Below, one piece after another: positions 39,305 through 49,405 of a stretch of DNA of 64,000 bases. The number at the start of each line of letters is the position of its first letter. The stretch's first letter is position 1. Both the position numbers and the translations under genes were made by a program. Source of the DNA: Truepera sp. (GTDB taxonomy: Bacteria > Deinococcota > Deinococci > Deinococcales > Trueperaceae). Under the pieces are notes generated by a model. It saw only the letters and a list, made by a program, of their open reading frames with translations, was not told the DNA's origin and did no database searches. Location: contig CBDCKW010000009.1 of the NCBI GenBank assembly GCA_965218435.1, forward strand, positions 3,392,001-3,456,000, written 5' to 3'.

Positions 39305-39940
39305 TCAAAAAGAAACGTTAGCCCAGGCTTTGTAGGTGTCAGAAGAAAAGACGAGCGTGCCGCTGGTGGCACTTTGAGAGACCTCGAGTGCAATCAAGCA
39401 GGTCAGTGACCCATTTCTAAGCACCGTTTGTTGGTCACACCCTCGGTATTCGGGAACAAAAGTATTATCGTAGGTTGCGCCGTCACTTTCAAACTTGAAG
39501 TCATACACGTCAACCCCGACGCCCCTAGCCCAACGGCTTGCCAGCGTAACCTCAAAAAGCCGAGACGTGACGCCGTTTTGTGCTGCGGCTTTGTCACCCC
39601 TCGAGATAGCCCAACTCTGCTTGACCTCGAGCTGAGCGTGCGGAAGCACCTGATTTAAGACTGGAGCCACGTGGCGATTGTCTTGACCAAAACCGATCAG
39701 GAGCCCAAGAGCTATGGAGATATAAGCCGGAATAGCCAGCTTACGATTAAAGCTCGAGCGGTCTGCAGAAGCTGCGGCGAGTAAAAAGACGTAACCGGTC
39801 ATCAAAAGCAAGTAGGTGATGCCCTGCACATCGTCTTGCGAGCGAAACGCCCCAAACGCGCTCAAAGCTAAAATGATAGGCGTCGCGTAACGCCAAGCGG
39901 TCGCTAAAAACCAGCGGAGCGGCCTCGCTACGTAAACCAT
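39305..39940 (-). CDS. Hypothetical membrane protein with a C-terminal beta-rich domain
   Basis: Three N-terminal hydrophobic segments; TATAGT 7 nt before ATG. Confidence 0.65.
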   Translation of the reverse strand: MVYVARPLRWFLATAWRYATPIILALSAFGAFRSQDDVQGITYLLLMTGYVFLLAAASADRSSFNRKLAIPAYISIALGLLIGFGQDNRHVAPVLNQVLPHAQLEVKQSWAISRGDKAAAQNGVTSRLFEVTLASRWARGVGVDVYDFKFESDGATYDNTFVPEYRGCDQQTVLRNGSLTCLIALEVSQSATSGTLVFSSDTYKAWANVSF

Positions 39941-39960
39941 TCTTAAGACTATACCCTTAG

Positions 39961-41052
39961 TTAGCCTTGGCTGCCGTTCAGCACGAGGTTATCGCGGTGA
40001 ATCACCTCATCGTAATCTTTGCTTCCGAGCAACTCGGCAATCTCACGGGTGTGTTTGCCCTGAATTTTAGCGAGGGCGTCGCTCGAGTAATTGCTCAATC
40101 CCCGCGCGACCCGCTCCCCGGCGTGCGTCACGGCTACGGCGTCACCAAAAGAAAAGCTGCCGGTGACGCCGATGATGCCTTTGGGAAGGAGGCTCCGGCC
40201 GGTCTGCAACGCCCGAAACGCGCCCGCATCAACCTCGAGACTCCCCTTCGTCCGCTGCTGCGCCAGCCAGCTTTTACGTGAGGGCGTGTGCGCTCTGGCT
40301 AAAAAGCGGGTCCCACGGACTTCGCCGCGGGCGAGGGCCTCGAGCCCTGCCCCGCCACCCCCGATAATGAGCGTTTCCGTCCCGGCGGCCGTAGCGAGCG
40401 CAGCGGCGCGAAGTTTGGTGACCATGCCGCCTGTCCCGCGCGATGTTCCGGCGTTACCGGCGAGGTGCTGCACGTTTGCTACGTCCTCGACCAACGCAAG
40501 CCGTTTTGCCGCCGGGTTATGGCGTGGGTCGCTGTCATAAAGCCCGTCTACATCGGTCAGGATGACGAGCGCGTCCGCGCCGACGAGGTGCGACGCCCAC
40601 GCGGAGAGGCTGTCGTTGTCGCCAAAGCGGATTTCGCTCGTGGCGACCGAGTCGTTTTCGTTGATAATCGGGAGTGCGCCCAATTTGAGAGACGCCTCGA
40701 GCGCGTTTTTTGCGTTCACGTAGCGTTCGCGGTCTTGGATGTCGGCGGCGGTGAGTAAAAGTTGCGCGACCGGTGTGGGCGCGACAGCGCGCGCCCACTC
40801 GAGCATTAGGAGCGTTTGACCTACGGCGGCAGCAGCTTGCTTTTCGGGCAGCGTCAGCGGCAGCGACACCCCGAGCTGTTCCCGCCCCGCTGCGCCTGCA
40901 CCCGATGAGACCAATACGACTTTACATTTCAGTTCGGTTTGTAAGACGCCGAGGCCGCGTGCGAGTGCCCACAAGAGCGGCGGATAGATACGCCCGCCCG
41001 CGTCGGTTAAGCTGCTCGTCCCGACCTTGACGACGACGCGTTGCCATTTCAT
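39961..41052 (-). CDS. proB: Glutamate 5-kinase
   Basis: VVKVGTSSL, KQAAAAVGQ, INENDSV, FGDND, GTGGMVTKL, C-terminal PUA domain. Confidence 0.96.
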   Translation of the reverse strand: MKWQRVVVKVGTSSLTDAGGRIYPPLLWALARGLGVLQTELKCKVVLVSSGAGAAGREQLGVSLPLTLPEKQAAAAVGQTLLMLEWARAVAPTPVAQLLLTAADIQDRERYVNAKNALEASLKLGALPIINENDSVATSEIRFGDNDSLSAWASHLVGADALVILTDVDGLYDSDPRHNPAAKRLALVEDVANVQHLAGNAGTSRGTGGMVTKLRAAALATAAGTETLIIGGGGAGLEALARGEVRGTRFLARAHTPSRKSWLAQQRTKGSLEVDAGAFRALQTGRSLLPKGIIGVTGSFSFGDAVAVTHAGERVARGLSNYSSDALAKIQGKHTREIAELLGSKDYDEVIHRDNLVLNGSQG

Positions 41053-41573
41053 CTAGCTACCTTTTTCTCGTAAAGAGCAGCGTCAAACTGCCCAACCCTG
41101 CGCTCGCCAACGTAGATAAACCCGTGTTGTTCGTAAAATGCCCGTACTTTGGGGCGCTCTGCGGCAGTATCGAGCCGCACGTAGCGTTTGCCCTGTTCAA
41201 GGGCTCTGTCTAACGCAAACGCCAACATCTGCGCCGCCATACCCTTGCCCTGTACTTTAGGAATAACCGCTAGTTTATGAACGAAGAGAGACTCATCCAT
41301 TGGCGTGTCCGGCCAGAACATCGGGTCTTCAGCGACTAAAACCATACACGCGACAGCTTCGCCCTCCCAACATCCCACGACCATCTCGGCATCCGGGTAA
41401 GCCTCCAGGAGTGCGTCGGGCGTGAGTTCGCTCTGTAACCACAAAGGTTGGCCCCGCGCCTCGAGCGCCCTCGCTGCTATTTGCAGCACTTCAGAGAGCT
41501 GAGAACGTTCGGCTTCGGTAACGACTTTAATCTCAAACGAATGGCTGACAAGTTGCGAGGTCTCATCACGCAT
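41049..41573 (-). CDS. GNAT-family acetyltransferase
   Basis: VHKLAV...QGKG.A, VRLDT, FYEQHGF; start inferred from the overlap with the upstream gene. Confidence 0.85.
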   Translation of the reverse strand: MRDETSQLVSHSFEIKVVTEAERSQLSEVLQIAARALEARGQPLWLQSELTPDALLEAYPDAEMVVGCWEGEAVACMVLVAEDPMFWPDTPMDESLFVHKLAVIPKVQGKGMAAQMLAFALDRALEQGKRYVRLDTAAERPKVRAFYEQHGFIYVGERRVGQFDAALYEKKVAR

Positions 41574-41823
41574 CGGCGTAGTGCAAAAACGCTTCAGGGA
41601 TGACACTTTTATCTACATAAAGCACATCACCCTCATGCTTGGCGCGGCCCTCACGCTCGAGCGCCTTCAAACTCGCCTGCACCTTGCCCTGCACCTGCCG
41701 TAAAAACGCTGTGCTCCAGTCGGCTTCACCGGGGCGCACGGTCTCCAAAAACGCCCGCTGAAAGCTGGGTAACTCGTCTAGCGGGATACGGGTCTCGAGC
41801 TTTTGCCAATCAATCCAGTCCAT
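41566..41823 (-). CDS. Small hypothetical protein
   Basis: 85 aa; TAACAT 6 nt before ATG; first of three overlapping genes ending in proB. Confidence 0.7.
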   Translation of the reverse strand: MDWIDWQKLETRIPLDELPSFQRAFLETVRPGEADWSTAFLRQVQGKVQASLKALEREGRAKHEGDVLYVDKSVIPEAFLHYADA

Positions 41824-41923
41824 AAGATTATGTTACTCGGACGAGAGAGGTTTGGCTCGGGCTAAAACCTGCGAGATGCTAAACTGACCTTCTGGGCACC
41901 CGCTCAGCTGGAGAGGTGTTGTT

Positions 41924-42946
41924 ATGCGTGTAGGCATCGTCGGAGCCACCGGAGCCGTGGGACAGGAGTTTTTAAGCCTGTTCGCAGAACGCTATTTTCC
42001 TTTTACGGAGCTGACGCTCTTTGCGTCGGCACGTTCGGCAGGGAAGACGCTCACCTATGGCGACAAGACGTACACGCTTAAAGCTCTACCCGAAGACGGC
42101 AACTTAGACGTTGACTTGGTGTTTTCGTCGGCGGGCGGGAGCATCTCGAAGGCGAATGCGTGGCGTTGGGCGGAGCACGGGGCGGTTGTCGTTGACAACA
42201 CCTCGGCGTGGCGGATGGATGAGCGTGTGCCGCTGGTCATTCCTGAAATTAACGGTGAGGCGGCCCTCGGACATCAGGGCATCGTCGCCAATCCGAACTG
42301 CTCGACCATCGTCGCATTGATGGCGCTTGCGCCCTTGCACCGCGCGTTCGGCCTCAGACGGGCGACGGTGGCGACGTATCAAGCGGTGTCGGGTGCAGGC
42401 GCGGCGGGGATTGCCGAGCTGCAAAACCAGACGCAAGCGGTCCTTGTCGGTGAGGAGCCCGTTCCGCAAAAGTTCGTGCATCCGGTAGCGTTTAACCTCT
42501 TCAGTCACGACTCGGACATTGGGGACGACGGCTACAACGTTGAAGAGCGGAAATTGACCTTAGAGTCTCGCAAAATCTTGAGCGTCCCCGAACTTGCCAT
42601 CAGCGCAACGTGTGTCCGCGTCCCGGTCTTTCGTGCCCACAGTGAGGCCATTCACGCCGAGTTTGACCGGGCCGTTTCGGTAACAGAGGCGCTCGAGGTC
42701 TTAGCCTCCGCCGAAGGCGTCCGCATCGTAGACGACCGCGCCGCCAATCATTTTCCGATGCCTTTAGAGGCCAGCGGCCAAGATGACGTACTCGTCGGCC
42801 GCGTCCGCGAAGATGTTTCGCTACCGGGGGCGCTGGCGTTTTTCGTTTCGGGTGACCAAATCCGTAAAGGGGCGGCCCTTAACGCGGTGCAGATCGGTGA
42901 ATATCTCATTCGGCGCGGCGCAGTCGCTGAGGCTACGCGCTCCTGA
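41924..42946 (+). CDS. asd: Aspartate-semialdehyde dehydrogenase
   Basis: GATGAVG, ANPNCST, YQAVSGAG, CVRVPVFRAHSE, DQIRKGAALNAVQI. Confidence 0.96.
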   Translation: MRVGIVGATGAVGQEFLSLFAERYFPFTELTLFASARSAGKTLTYGDKTYTLKALPEDGNLDVDLVFSSAGGSISKANAWRWAEHGAVVVDNTSAWRMDERVPLVIPEINGEAALGHQGIVANPNCSTIVALMALAPLHRAFGLRRATVATYQAVSGAGAAGIAELQNQTQAVLVGEEPVPQKFVHPVAFNLFSHDSDIGDDGYNVEERKLTLESRKILSVPELAISATCVRVPVFRAHSEAIHAEFDRAVSVTEALEVLASAEGVRIVDDRAANHFPMPLEASGQDDVLVGRVREDVSLPGALAFFVSGDQIRKGAALNAVQIGEYLIRRGAVAEATRS

Positions 42947-43066
42947 GAGAAGAAATCAGAATATAGAAGCTGGTTAGCTTGAGGAGCTATCACGTCTCAC
43001 GCAACTTCAAGGAGCGAAAGTTATCAACCCGGCTGAGCTGCCTGAAAACACGGCCTCCCGTTCACG

Positions 43067-43096
43067 CTGACTTAGGTCAAACTGACTTAGGTCAAA
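43067..43096. repeat. Perfect 15-bp tandem duplication upstream of the VOC gene
   Basis: CTGACTTAGGTCAAA x2; each unit contains a TGAC-N4-GTCA dyad. Confidence 0.9.
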
Positions 43097-43115
43097 CTTA
43101 GAGTGGGAGGTCACT

Positions 43116-43481
43116 ATGAGCTATATTACCGGACTCGATCATCTGCAACTAGCGATGCCCGCCGGCAAAGAGGCTGAAGCGCGGGCCTTTTACGGTGACC
43201 TGTTGGGGCTGGTAGAACTAGGGAAACCGCCCCAACTCGCCGGACGTGGCGGCTGCTGGTTTGCCCTCGGAACCCAGGCGCTGCATCTAGGTGTAGACAC
43301 GCCTTTTGTGCCCGCACGCAAAGCACACCCAGCGTTTACCGTTACAGATTTAGAGGCACTGAGAGCGCGGCTCGAGGTTGCCAATATCTCAACCCTAGAT
43401 GACTTTACGTTGCCGCACGTCCGCCGTTTTTACGCCGCCGACCCGTTTGGAAATCGGCTCGAGTTTGTAAGCAGGGTTTAG
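43116..43481 (+). CDS. VOC/glyoxalase-family protein
   Basis: LDHLQLAMP, FYGDLLGL, HPAF, DPFGNRLEF. Confidence 0.9.
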   Translation: MSYITGLDHLQLAMPAGKEAEARAFYGDLLGLVELGKPPQLAGRGGCWFALGTQALHLGVDTPFVPARKAHPAFTVTDLEALRARLEVANISTLDDFTLPHVRRFYAADPFGNRLEFVSRV

Positions 43482-43545
43482 ACTCGAGTGCTGTTTCGTA
43501 CTGACGGTTGCTTTTTTCTCACCTTGCTCGGGCCTAAGGTAACGT

Positions 43546-43734
43546 ATGAGTACCCAAAAATTAACCCGTTCACGTAGAGACCGCAGGATCGCCGGAGTTT
43601 GCGGCGGTTTGGCCGAATACTCCGGAATCGACGTCACGATTATCCGCATCTTGTTCGTCGTGTTCGCGCTCGCCGGCGGCCCCGGTTTACTCGTCTACCT
43701 CGTCCTCTGGGTGGTTTTGCCCAAGGGCAACTGA
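43546..43734 (+). CDS. PspC-domain protein
   Basis: LTRS..DRRIAGVCGGLAEY.GID...IR...YLVLWVVLP. Confidence 0.92.
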   Translation: MSTQKLTRSRRDRRIAGVCGGLAEYSGIDVTIIRILFVVFALAGGPGLLVYLVLWVVLPKGN

Positions 43735-43740
43735 GCTGTG

Positions 43741-43766
43741 AAGCCGCCCCATCAGGCGGCTTTTTC
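43741..43766 (+). terminator. Terminator after the PspC-domain gene
   Basis: AAGCCGCC...GGCGGCTT followed by a T-run. Confidence 0.75.
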
Positions 43767-43777
43767 ACGACTCGCGC

Positions 43778-44407
43778 TTAGAGCTCAGCAGGTTTGCCCC
43801 ACTCGCCTTCGAAGACGATCTCTTTAAGAGGTTTCCGGATACGCGGCGCTTCTTCGCGTTCGCGCAGGCTCTCGGCTAGGGTGCTGCTGTCGGCAAGATA
43901 GCCGAGAGCGGTGACCGTCACAGGCTCGTAAGGGCTTGGAATCCCGAACACTTCTTTAACCTTTTCTTTGTCAAATCCCCCCATCGGGTGAACGTGCAGC
44001 CCGAGTTCGGTCGCTTGCAGGGACAAGTTGGCAAAGGCTAAACCGAGGTCGTGTTTGGCGGTAGGGTTTTCGCGGGCAGGTTTGTCGCCTTTTGCCGGAA
44101 ACATCGTGTCGGTAAGGCTGAGCAGCAAGACGGGAACCTGCTCAGTCCACGGTTTGTTGCCATCGGCTAAGCAGCTGTGAAGTTTGTTAAAACTCGGCTC
44201 GCCGTGACGTGCGATTAAAAATCGCCACGGTTGGACGTTTGCCGACGACGCTGCCCACCGCGCCGCCTCGAAGATGCGCTGCAGCTTCTCCTCTTCGACC
44301 GGCCTCATGCTAAACGCTCTCGGGCTCCAGCGTTGGCTCATCAGTTCGTGAATCAAATAGGTGGTCGGTGCGCGTCTATCTTTGGGCTTGGTTTCAGTTT
44401 GGCTCAT
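43778..44407 (-). CDS. Nitroreductase-family protein
   Basis: RWSPRAF, EAARWAASSANVQPWRF, HPMGGFD. Confidence 0.92.
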   Translation of the reverse strand: MSQTETKPKDRRAPTTYLIHELMSQRWSPRAFSMRPVEEEKLQRIFEAARWAASSANVQPWRFLIARHGEPSFNKLHSCLADGNKPWTEQVPVLLLSLTDTMFPAKGDKPARENPTAKHDLGLAFANLSLQATELGLHVHPMGGFDKEKVKEVFGIPSPYEPVTVTALGYLADSSTLAESLREREEAPRIRKPLKEIVFEGEWGKPAEL

Positions 44408-45300
44408 AAAAATCCCTTTTCATGGTGCGGCGTGACCTGGCGCAGCGCCGCTCCCTCAGCTTCAGTTAGTCCTACCAGGTGACGTGAGGCCCGCCAGAGC
44501 CGCGCCTGCACCTGCACGTCATAAGAACGTTTAGATGAACTAACGGCTTTTTTGTTGTCAAAATACTTGCCCGATACTCCGTTGACCTCGGGTGAGGTGG
44601 CGAGGTAGACAACCGTTTCAGCGCCCTCTGCGGGCGTCTTGAGAAAGGGCCGACCTACCCGGTACAAAGTTTTGAGGAAGAGTCCGTCACCGAAATTGCT
44701 GGCGACGCCGCCCGGATGCAGCGCGTTGACGGTTGCGGGCGTATCCGCTAAAAACCTCGAGAGCTGATAGCTAAACATGATGTTAGCGAGTTTGGCCTGC
44801 GCGTACGCCTTAAAGCCGCCGTAGTTTTTGCTGAGCATCAGGTCGTCAAAGTGAATCTTGCCGGTGTTTGACGCAGCCGACGCGACGTTGACAATGCGGG
44901 GCTCGGGACTCTCGAGTAGCGCCCCCATCAAGAGCTGCGTCAGCAAAAAGTAGTTGAGGTGGTCGAGCGCAAAGGTTTTTTCGTAACCGTCTACGGTTGT
45001 TTGGCGTTCTTGAAACAGTGCCCCGGCGTTGTTGACCAGAACGTCTAACTGACCGAACTGCGTCTTGACCTCCCCGGCAACGCGGCGAATCTCAGCGAGT
45101 GACGAGAGGTCGGCGGGAAAGTAGTGGAGGTCAGGGTTGCCGGTCTCTTGTTTCAGGGTCTCGGTGACCTGAGCGCCAGAGCCGGAGCCCCGCGAAACCA
45201 ACCCTACGCTTATCCCTTGCCGTGCGAGCGCCCGCGCCGTCTCGAGGCCGATCCCTGAGGAGGCCCCGGTGACGAGTGCGGTCTGTCGAGAATGTGTCAT
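44404..45300 (-). CDS. SDR-family oxidoreductase
   Basis: TGASSGIG, NNAG, YAQAK, HPG; start corrected to ATG 45300. Confidence 0.93.
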   Translation of the reverse strand: MTHSRQTALVTGASSGIGLETARALARQGISVGLVSRGSGSGAQVTETLKQETGNPDLHYFPADLSSLAEIRRVAGEVKTQFGQLDVLVNNAGALFQERQTTVDGYEKTFALDHLNYFLLTQLLMGALLESPEPRIVNVASAASNTGKIHFDDLMLSKNYGGFKAYAQAKLANIMFSYQLSRFLADTPATVNALHPGGVASNFGDGLFLKTLYRVGRPFLKTPAEGAETVVYLATSPEVNGVSGKYFDNKKAVSSSKRSYDVQVQARLWRASRHLVGLTEAEGAALRQVTPHHEKGFL

Positions 45301-45593
45301 AAGGGCTACTCTACGGTGCTTTGCACTCTTGTAAAGCATGTCGGCTTACGCACCGGCGGCGTGTTCGGAGGAGGTTTCGTGTGTGTGAATATCCTGAACA
45401 TGCGCCTCGCTTTGGCGTAGCCACGCCGACTTGTTAAATTTTAAGTAACCGCTCAGCTCCGAGTCTTTTCAGCTTTGCTTACATTTACTACGTCGTAGAG
45501 AGACATGTCGCCGTACGTCTGCTATACTCATAAAAATCTCACGTGGTTGGAGCCCTGACAGAAGTTTGTCCGGCCCAAACTTCTGCTGACTTT

Positions 45594-46871
45594 ATGATGC
45601 TGACCGTTTCCTTTTACCCCACCTTTTTCAGGCGCTTTTTGCTTCTGACCGTGCTTAGTGCGCTGATTTTGGCAGGGTGCAGGGGTGTGCAGGAGGCCGA
45701 GGGTGCGCTCACGCTGCAGATTGACGGGCGCGGCTCGAGCTACCTCGCTATTCAAGACGGTGCTATTCAAGACGGTTTAGGCGCGTGGCGACCCCTTACC
45801 CCCGGCGCTGACGCGCTGTCTAAGGTGACCCTGACAGACCCGCAGGGGCGTTACGGGGTCCTAAGTCTCTGTCTCGATACGGCGACGGGTAACTCGAGCA
45901 TCACGGTTCAGCACGGCGTCGTCGCCGACACGCCGGTCGTTTCGGCGACCTGTCTGGCCGATCCGGTAGGGGAGACGCTCAGCGTTTTAGCAAATGTCAG
46001 CGGGCTTTCACAGGGCGACTACGGCAACGTCTATCTGGGCTTTACGTCGGCGCTCTTAGACAGTGAGGCACCAACCTCTCGGCTCGAGCTTCCCGGTTCG
46101 CCCGAGGTCCGTTACGACTTGGTGGCGAGCCGTTACAAAGGTGAGGCGCGCGTTCCGAACCGTTTGGTGCTCGAGCCGGGACTCGCGCTTACGGCTGCAA
46201 ACGAGCTGAGCATTAATTTTGACGGCCCCTTTTCGTTCCAGCCTGAAGTGGCGCGGCTTTTGGTTGACGGGGTTCGCCCTGGCGAACTGCTCTCTGGCTC
46301 GGTCGAACTGCTCAGCGGCGGCACGGCGGCGCGGGTCGGCGAATATACCGGCGGCGACGCGCTTTTTTACACCCGTATTCCCGAACGTCTAGTGGGGCGC
46401 TTGGGCCGAGACGTAACGTTTCGCGCCGCCGTCCAGAGTTTTTCGTACAACGACCGCACCAAAGCGGGCTCGAGCCGTAGCCTCAGCCGCACCTTACTGA
46501 CTACGCCGAGAGAGCCTGCTCGGATAAGACTCCCTGATCCCCTCGAGCCACCTGAGCTGCGGCTTCTTGGAGCCCTCGAGTTCCGCCCTCAAGCAGGCTG
46601 GCGGCTGCATCCGGCAGGGCGGGGTGTGTACACGCAGTTTTACTCGCAGATTCAGGCCGGGCACACGGTCAGCTACCGCCTCAGCCAGAGTTCGGCGTGG
46701 CTTAAGGGGCGCGCCCCGAGGTACACGCTGCCCGACCTGAGCACGCTTCCCGACTGGCAGAGCGCGTGGAACCTGACGCGTGGTGAGGCGCTTTTTTGGG
46801 ACGTGTCGTTTACGCAAAAAACCGCCGTCAAAGAGCTGTTTGTCAACCGTTCGGGGGTGCTGACGCCGTAG
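45594..46871 (+). CDS. Hypothetical lipoprotein
   Basis: Basic then hydrophobic signal ending in an LAGC lipobox; start uncertain. Confidence 0.65.
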   Translation: MMLTVSFYPTFFRRFLLLTVLSALILAGCRGVQEAEGALTLQIDGRGSSYLAIQDGAIQDGLGAWRPLTPGADALSKVTLTDPQGRYGVLSLCLDTATGNSSITVQHGVVADTPVVSATCLADPVGETLSVLANVSGLSQGDYGNVYLGFTSALLDSEAPTSRLELPGSPEVRYDLVASRYKGEARVPNRLVLEPGLALTAANELSINFDGPFSFQPEVARLLVDGVRPGELLSGSVELLSGGTAARVGEYTGGDALFYTRIPERLVGRLGRDVTFRAAVQSFSYNDRTKAGSSRSLSRTLLTTPREPARIRLPDPLEPPELRLLGALEFRPQAGWRLHPAGRGVYTQFYSQIQAGHTVSYRLSQSSAWLKGRAPRYTLPDLSTLPDWQSAWNLTRGEALFWDVSFTQKTAVKELFVNRSGVLTP

Positions 46872-47063
46872 GGATCAGTGTTGACCTTTTCAGTCGGGAC
46901 GTTTGCAGTGAGCCACGCGGAGGAAGTAAGCATCCAGCGTAGAGAACGTAGTCGGTGACCTATAAAAAACATCGTCTCTCACGCAAAATGTGATAACAAA
47001 GGCGAATCTCGGCACAGCTTGACCCAAGCTTTTGCGGTCATGCTCAGCTGAGCAGGAGGTGCT

Positions 47064-47885
47064 ATGGCTAAAGCCGAACACAAACTTGGCGCTGAGATTA
47101 CGGGCTATTACAACCATGGGCGCGAAGCAGCGCGCTTAGAAGGGGGTAAAAATCAGCTCGAGCGCCTCCGCACGCAAGAACTGCTCACTCGTTTTTTGCC
47201 CCCGGCCCCTGCTGTAATTCACGATGTCGGCGGCGGGGCCGGGGTTTATGCGTTTTGGTTGGCGGAGCGTGGGTACACGGTTAATCTGCTTGACGCGATG
47301 CCATTACACATTGAACAGGCTAGAGAAATTTCTGCATCACAAGCTCAGCCGCTCGAGTCCATCACTTTAGGCGACGCCCGCGCCTTACCTTTTGCTGATA
47401 GAAGCGCCGACGCGGTGCTCTTATTGGGACCGCTCTACCACTTGACCGAACAAAAAGACCGACTTACGGCGCTCCGCGAGGCGCACCGCGTTCTCAAACC
47501 GGGCGGGGCGGTGCTCGCGGTCAGCATCAACCGCTTCGCCTCGGCGTTCGACGCCCTTTTCGAGGGCTACTTGCACGACCCAGCGATTAGGGCCGTGATT
47601 GACCGCACGCTCACCGACGGGCAACACCGCAGCCCGGAAGGGAAGGGCTTTTTTACCACCGCTTTTTTCCACCGGCCCGAAGAGCTGCGCGGGGAGGTCG
47701 AAGCGGCGGGCTTTAGCACCGAAGCCCTCGTAGGGATTGAAGGTATCGCTTTGGGAGACTTTGAAGCGGCGTGGGCCGACCCCGAAGCGAGGGCGTGGGC
47801 GCTCAACGTTGCGCGGCTGCTCGAGGCTGAACCGACGCTCCTCGGGGTGAGTTCGCACGTGCTGGCGGTTGGACGTAAAACGTAA
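47064..47885 (+). CDS. Class I SAM-dependent methyltransferase
   Basis: DVGGGAGVY, GDAR, DAVLLLGPLYHL. Confidence 0.9.
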   Translation: MAKAEHKLGAEITGYYNHGREAARLEGGKNQLERLRTQELLTRFLPPAPAVIHDVGGGAGVYAFWLAERGYTVNLLDAMPLHIEQAREISASQAQPLESITLGDARALPFADRSADAVLLLGPLYHLTEQKDRLTALREAHRVLKPGGAVLAVSINRFASAFDALFEGYLHDPAIRAVIDRTLTDGQHRSPEGKGFFTTAFFHRPEELRGEVEAAGFSTEALVGIEGIALGDFEAAWADPEARAWALNVARLLEAEPTLLGVSSHVLAVGRKT

Positions 47886-47932
47886 GGAGTATAACGGCGG
47901 CTGTAGATCAACCAGTCGTCTATACTCAGCTC

Positions 47933-48547
47933 ATGACGCCGAAATTATGGCTTATCCTCACTGCGCTGCTCGCGTTGCCCTTTAGCTTTGCCCAACGCCA
48001 AATGTTTGAAGCGTGTGCGCCTGCTGTAGGTAAAGTCGTGCTGAACGGTTCTCCTCATCCGGCTATCTCAGACCGAATGCGGACGATCTTTAGTGACGAC
48101 CAAGAAGCTCGTATGAAAGAGAATATTGATTGGGAAACCTTGAGCCGTAAAGATACTGAGCGCCGTGCCGAAGTGATGGGTTACCTTAAAAAGGGTCAGC
48201 TTACCACCGGGAACGATATGTATTACGCCGCCTTTATCTTTCAGCACGGGAACTGCCCGGAGCACTATCAGCTTGCCAACAAGCTTGCAGACAAGGCGAT
48301 TAAGCTTGGTTACAGCGACGCCCGCTGGATTTACGCCGCGACCCTCGACCGGTACCTGCTGAGCATCGGTAAAAAGCAGAAGTTCGGCACGCAGTACACT
48401 TCGGCTGACGGCTGCACGTACGTGCTCGAGCCCGTCAACCCGAAGACGACCGACGCGGAGCGGCAGCGTTTCGACGTACCACCGCTAGCGCAAGCGAAAG
48501 CCAGGGCAGCCGGATTCGGTGCGGACGGTTGCAAAGACAGCAACTAG
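47933..48547 (+). CDS. Secreted hypothetical protein (DUF6624-like)
   Basis: Signal peptide; AFIFQHG and AATLDRYL...GK.QKFGTQY. Confidence 0.7.
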   Translation: MTPKLWLILTALLALPFSFAQRQMFEACAPAVGKVVLNGSPHPAISDRMRTIFSDDQEARMKENIDWETLSRKDTERRAEVMGYLKKGQLTTGNDMYYAAFIFQHGNCPEHYQLANKLADKAIKLGYSDARWIYAATLDRYLLSIGKKQKFGTQYTSADGCTYVLEPVNPKTTDAERQRFDVPPLAQAKARAAGFGADGCKDSN

Positions 48548-48554
48548 CTTTTGT

Positions 48555-49388
48555 TTATAGCGTTTCAAACTCGAGCAGCAACCCTTCGACACGCTCGCAC
48601 AGAGGTTTTCCCAGCTCTTTAGGCGCACGCCGCAAAGAAAAGTAGAGCGCCCGCAGCGTGTGTTTGATGTTCATAAAACTCCCGTAGCCTGCATGCATCG
48701 CCAGCTCAGCGCACGCCTGTACCTGCTCCCGAAAGCTGTCCAACCACTCGAGGCGCTTAACCGGGGTAAGCTCCGTCCGTAACAGCGCGTTACTCATCGC
48801 TACAGCAATACGCTCATCTTCACCGTCTGTATATGCCCGGTCGCGTCCCATCAAACTCTGTAAACCTCCGAGCAGTGCTTTGACCTCCGCGCCGCTGAGT
48901 TCGTGACATGTTGCCAGGGTTCCTACTGCGTCCGCTGCGTGCGCCGCCGCGTGCAACCAACCGAGCAGCGCGTCGTAGCCGCGCAAGTCCTGCTCACCTT
49001 CTAGGTAACGCAGCAGGACCGGAACCAGCTGCTGAACTTCGTCCGTAGCCAAACAAGGCTCGTGCTGCTGCCTATCTAAAACAGCCCCAATTTGCAGCAG
49101 CGTAAAAGAGCGGACGAGTACGGTTTCGTCGTCAGCTTGGCCAAACTTGAAAAACAGATGGTTGTCATCCGAAAGCAGCCTCAGCACGCTGCGAACTTGC
49201 TCAGCAGAAAGTGCTTGGGTGATCCAGGTATAAAGTGCCGGGTAGACGAGTTCGTCCCGGATGTGTGGATCGGGATGCCCTAAATACTCGGGCTCGAGTA
49301 ACCGCCGGGTCAATTCCCAGACATCATCCGGCACGTTCAACGAGCCTTGAAGGTACTCGAGGCGCGCTTTTAAGGTTTCAGTAGACAT
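48555..49388 (-). CDS. DUF2785-family protein
   Basis: PDPHIRDELVY, RSFT.L, EQDLRGY...GWLHAAAHAAD, EDER; start corrected to ATG 49388. Confidence 0.8.
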   Translation of the reverse strand: MSTETLKARLEYLQGSLNVPDDVWELTRRLLEPEYLGHPDPHIRDELVYPALYTWITQALSAEQVRSVLRLLSDDNHLFFKFGQADDETVLVRSFTLLQIGAVLDRQQHEPCLATDEVQQLVPVLLRYLEGEQDLRGYDALLGWLHAAAHAADAVGTLATCHELSGAEVKALLGGLQSLMGRDRAYTDGEDERIAVAMSNALLRTELTPVKRLEWLDSFREQVQACAELAMHAGYGSFMNIKHTLRALYFSLRRAPKELGKPLCERVEGLLLEFETL

Positions 49389-49405
49389 AGTAACCAGCTT
49401 ACAAG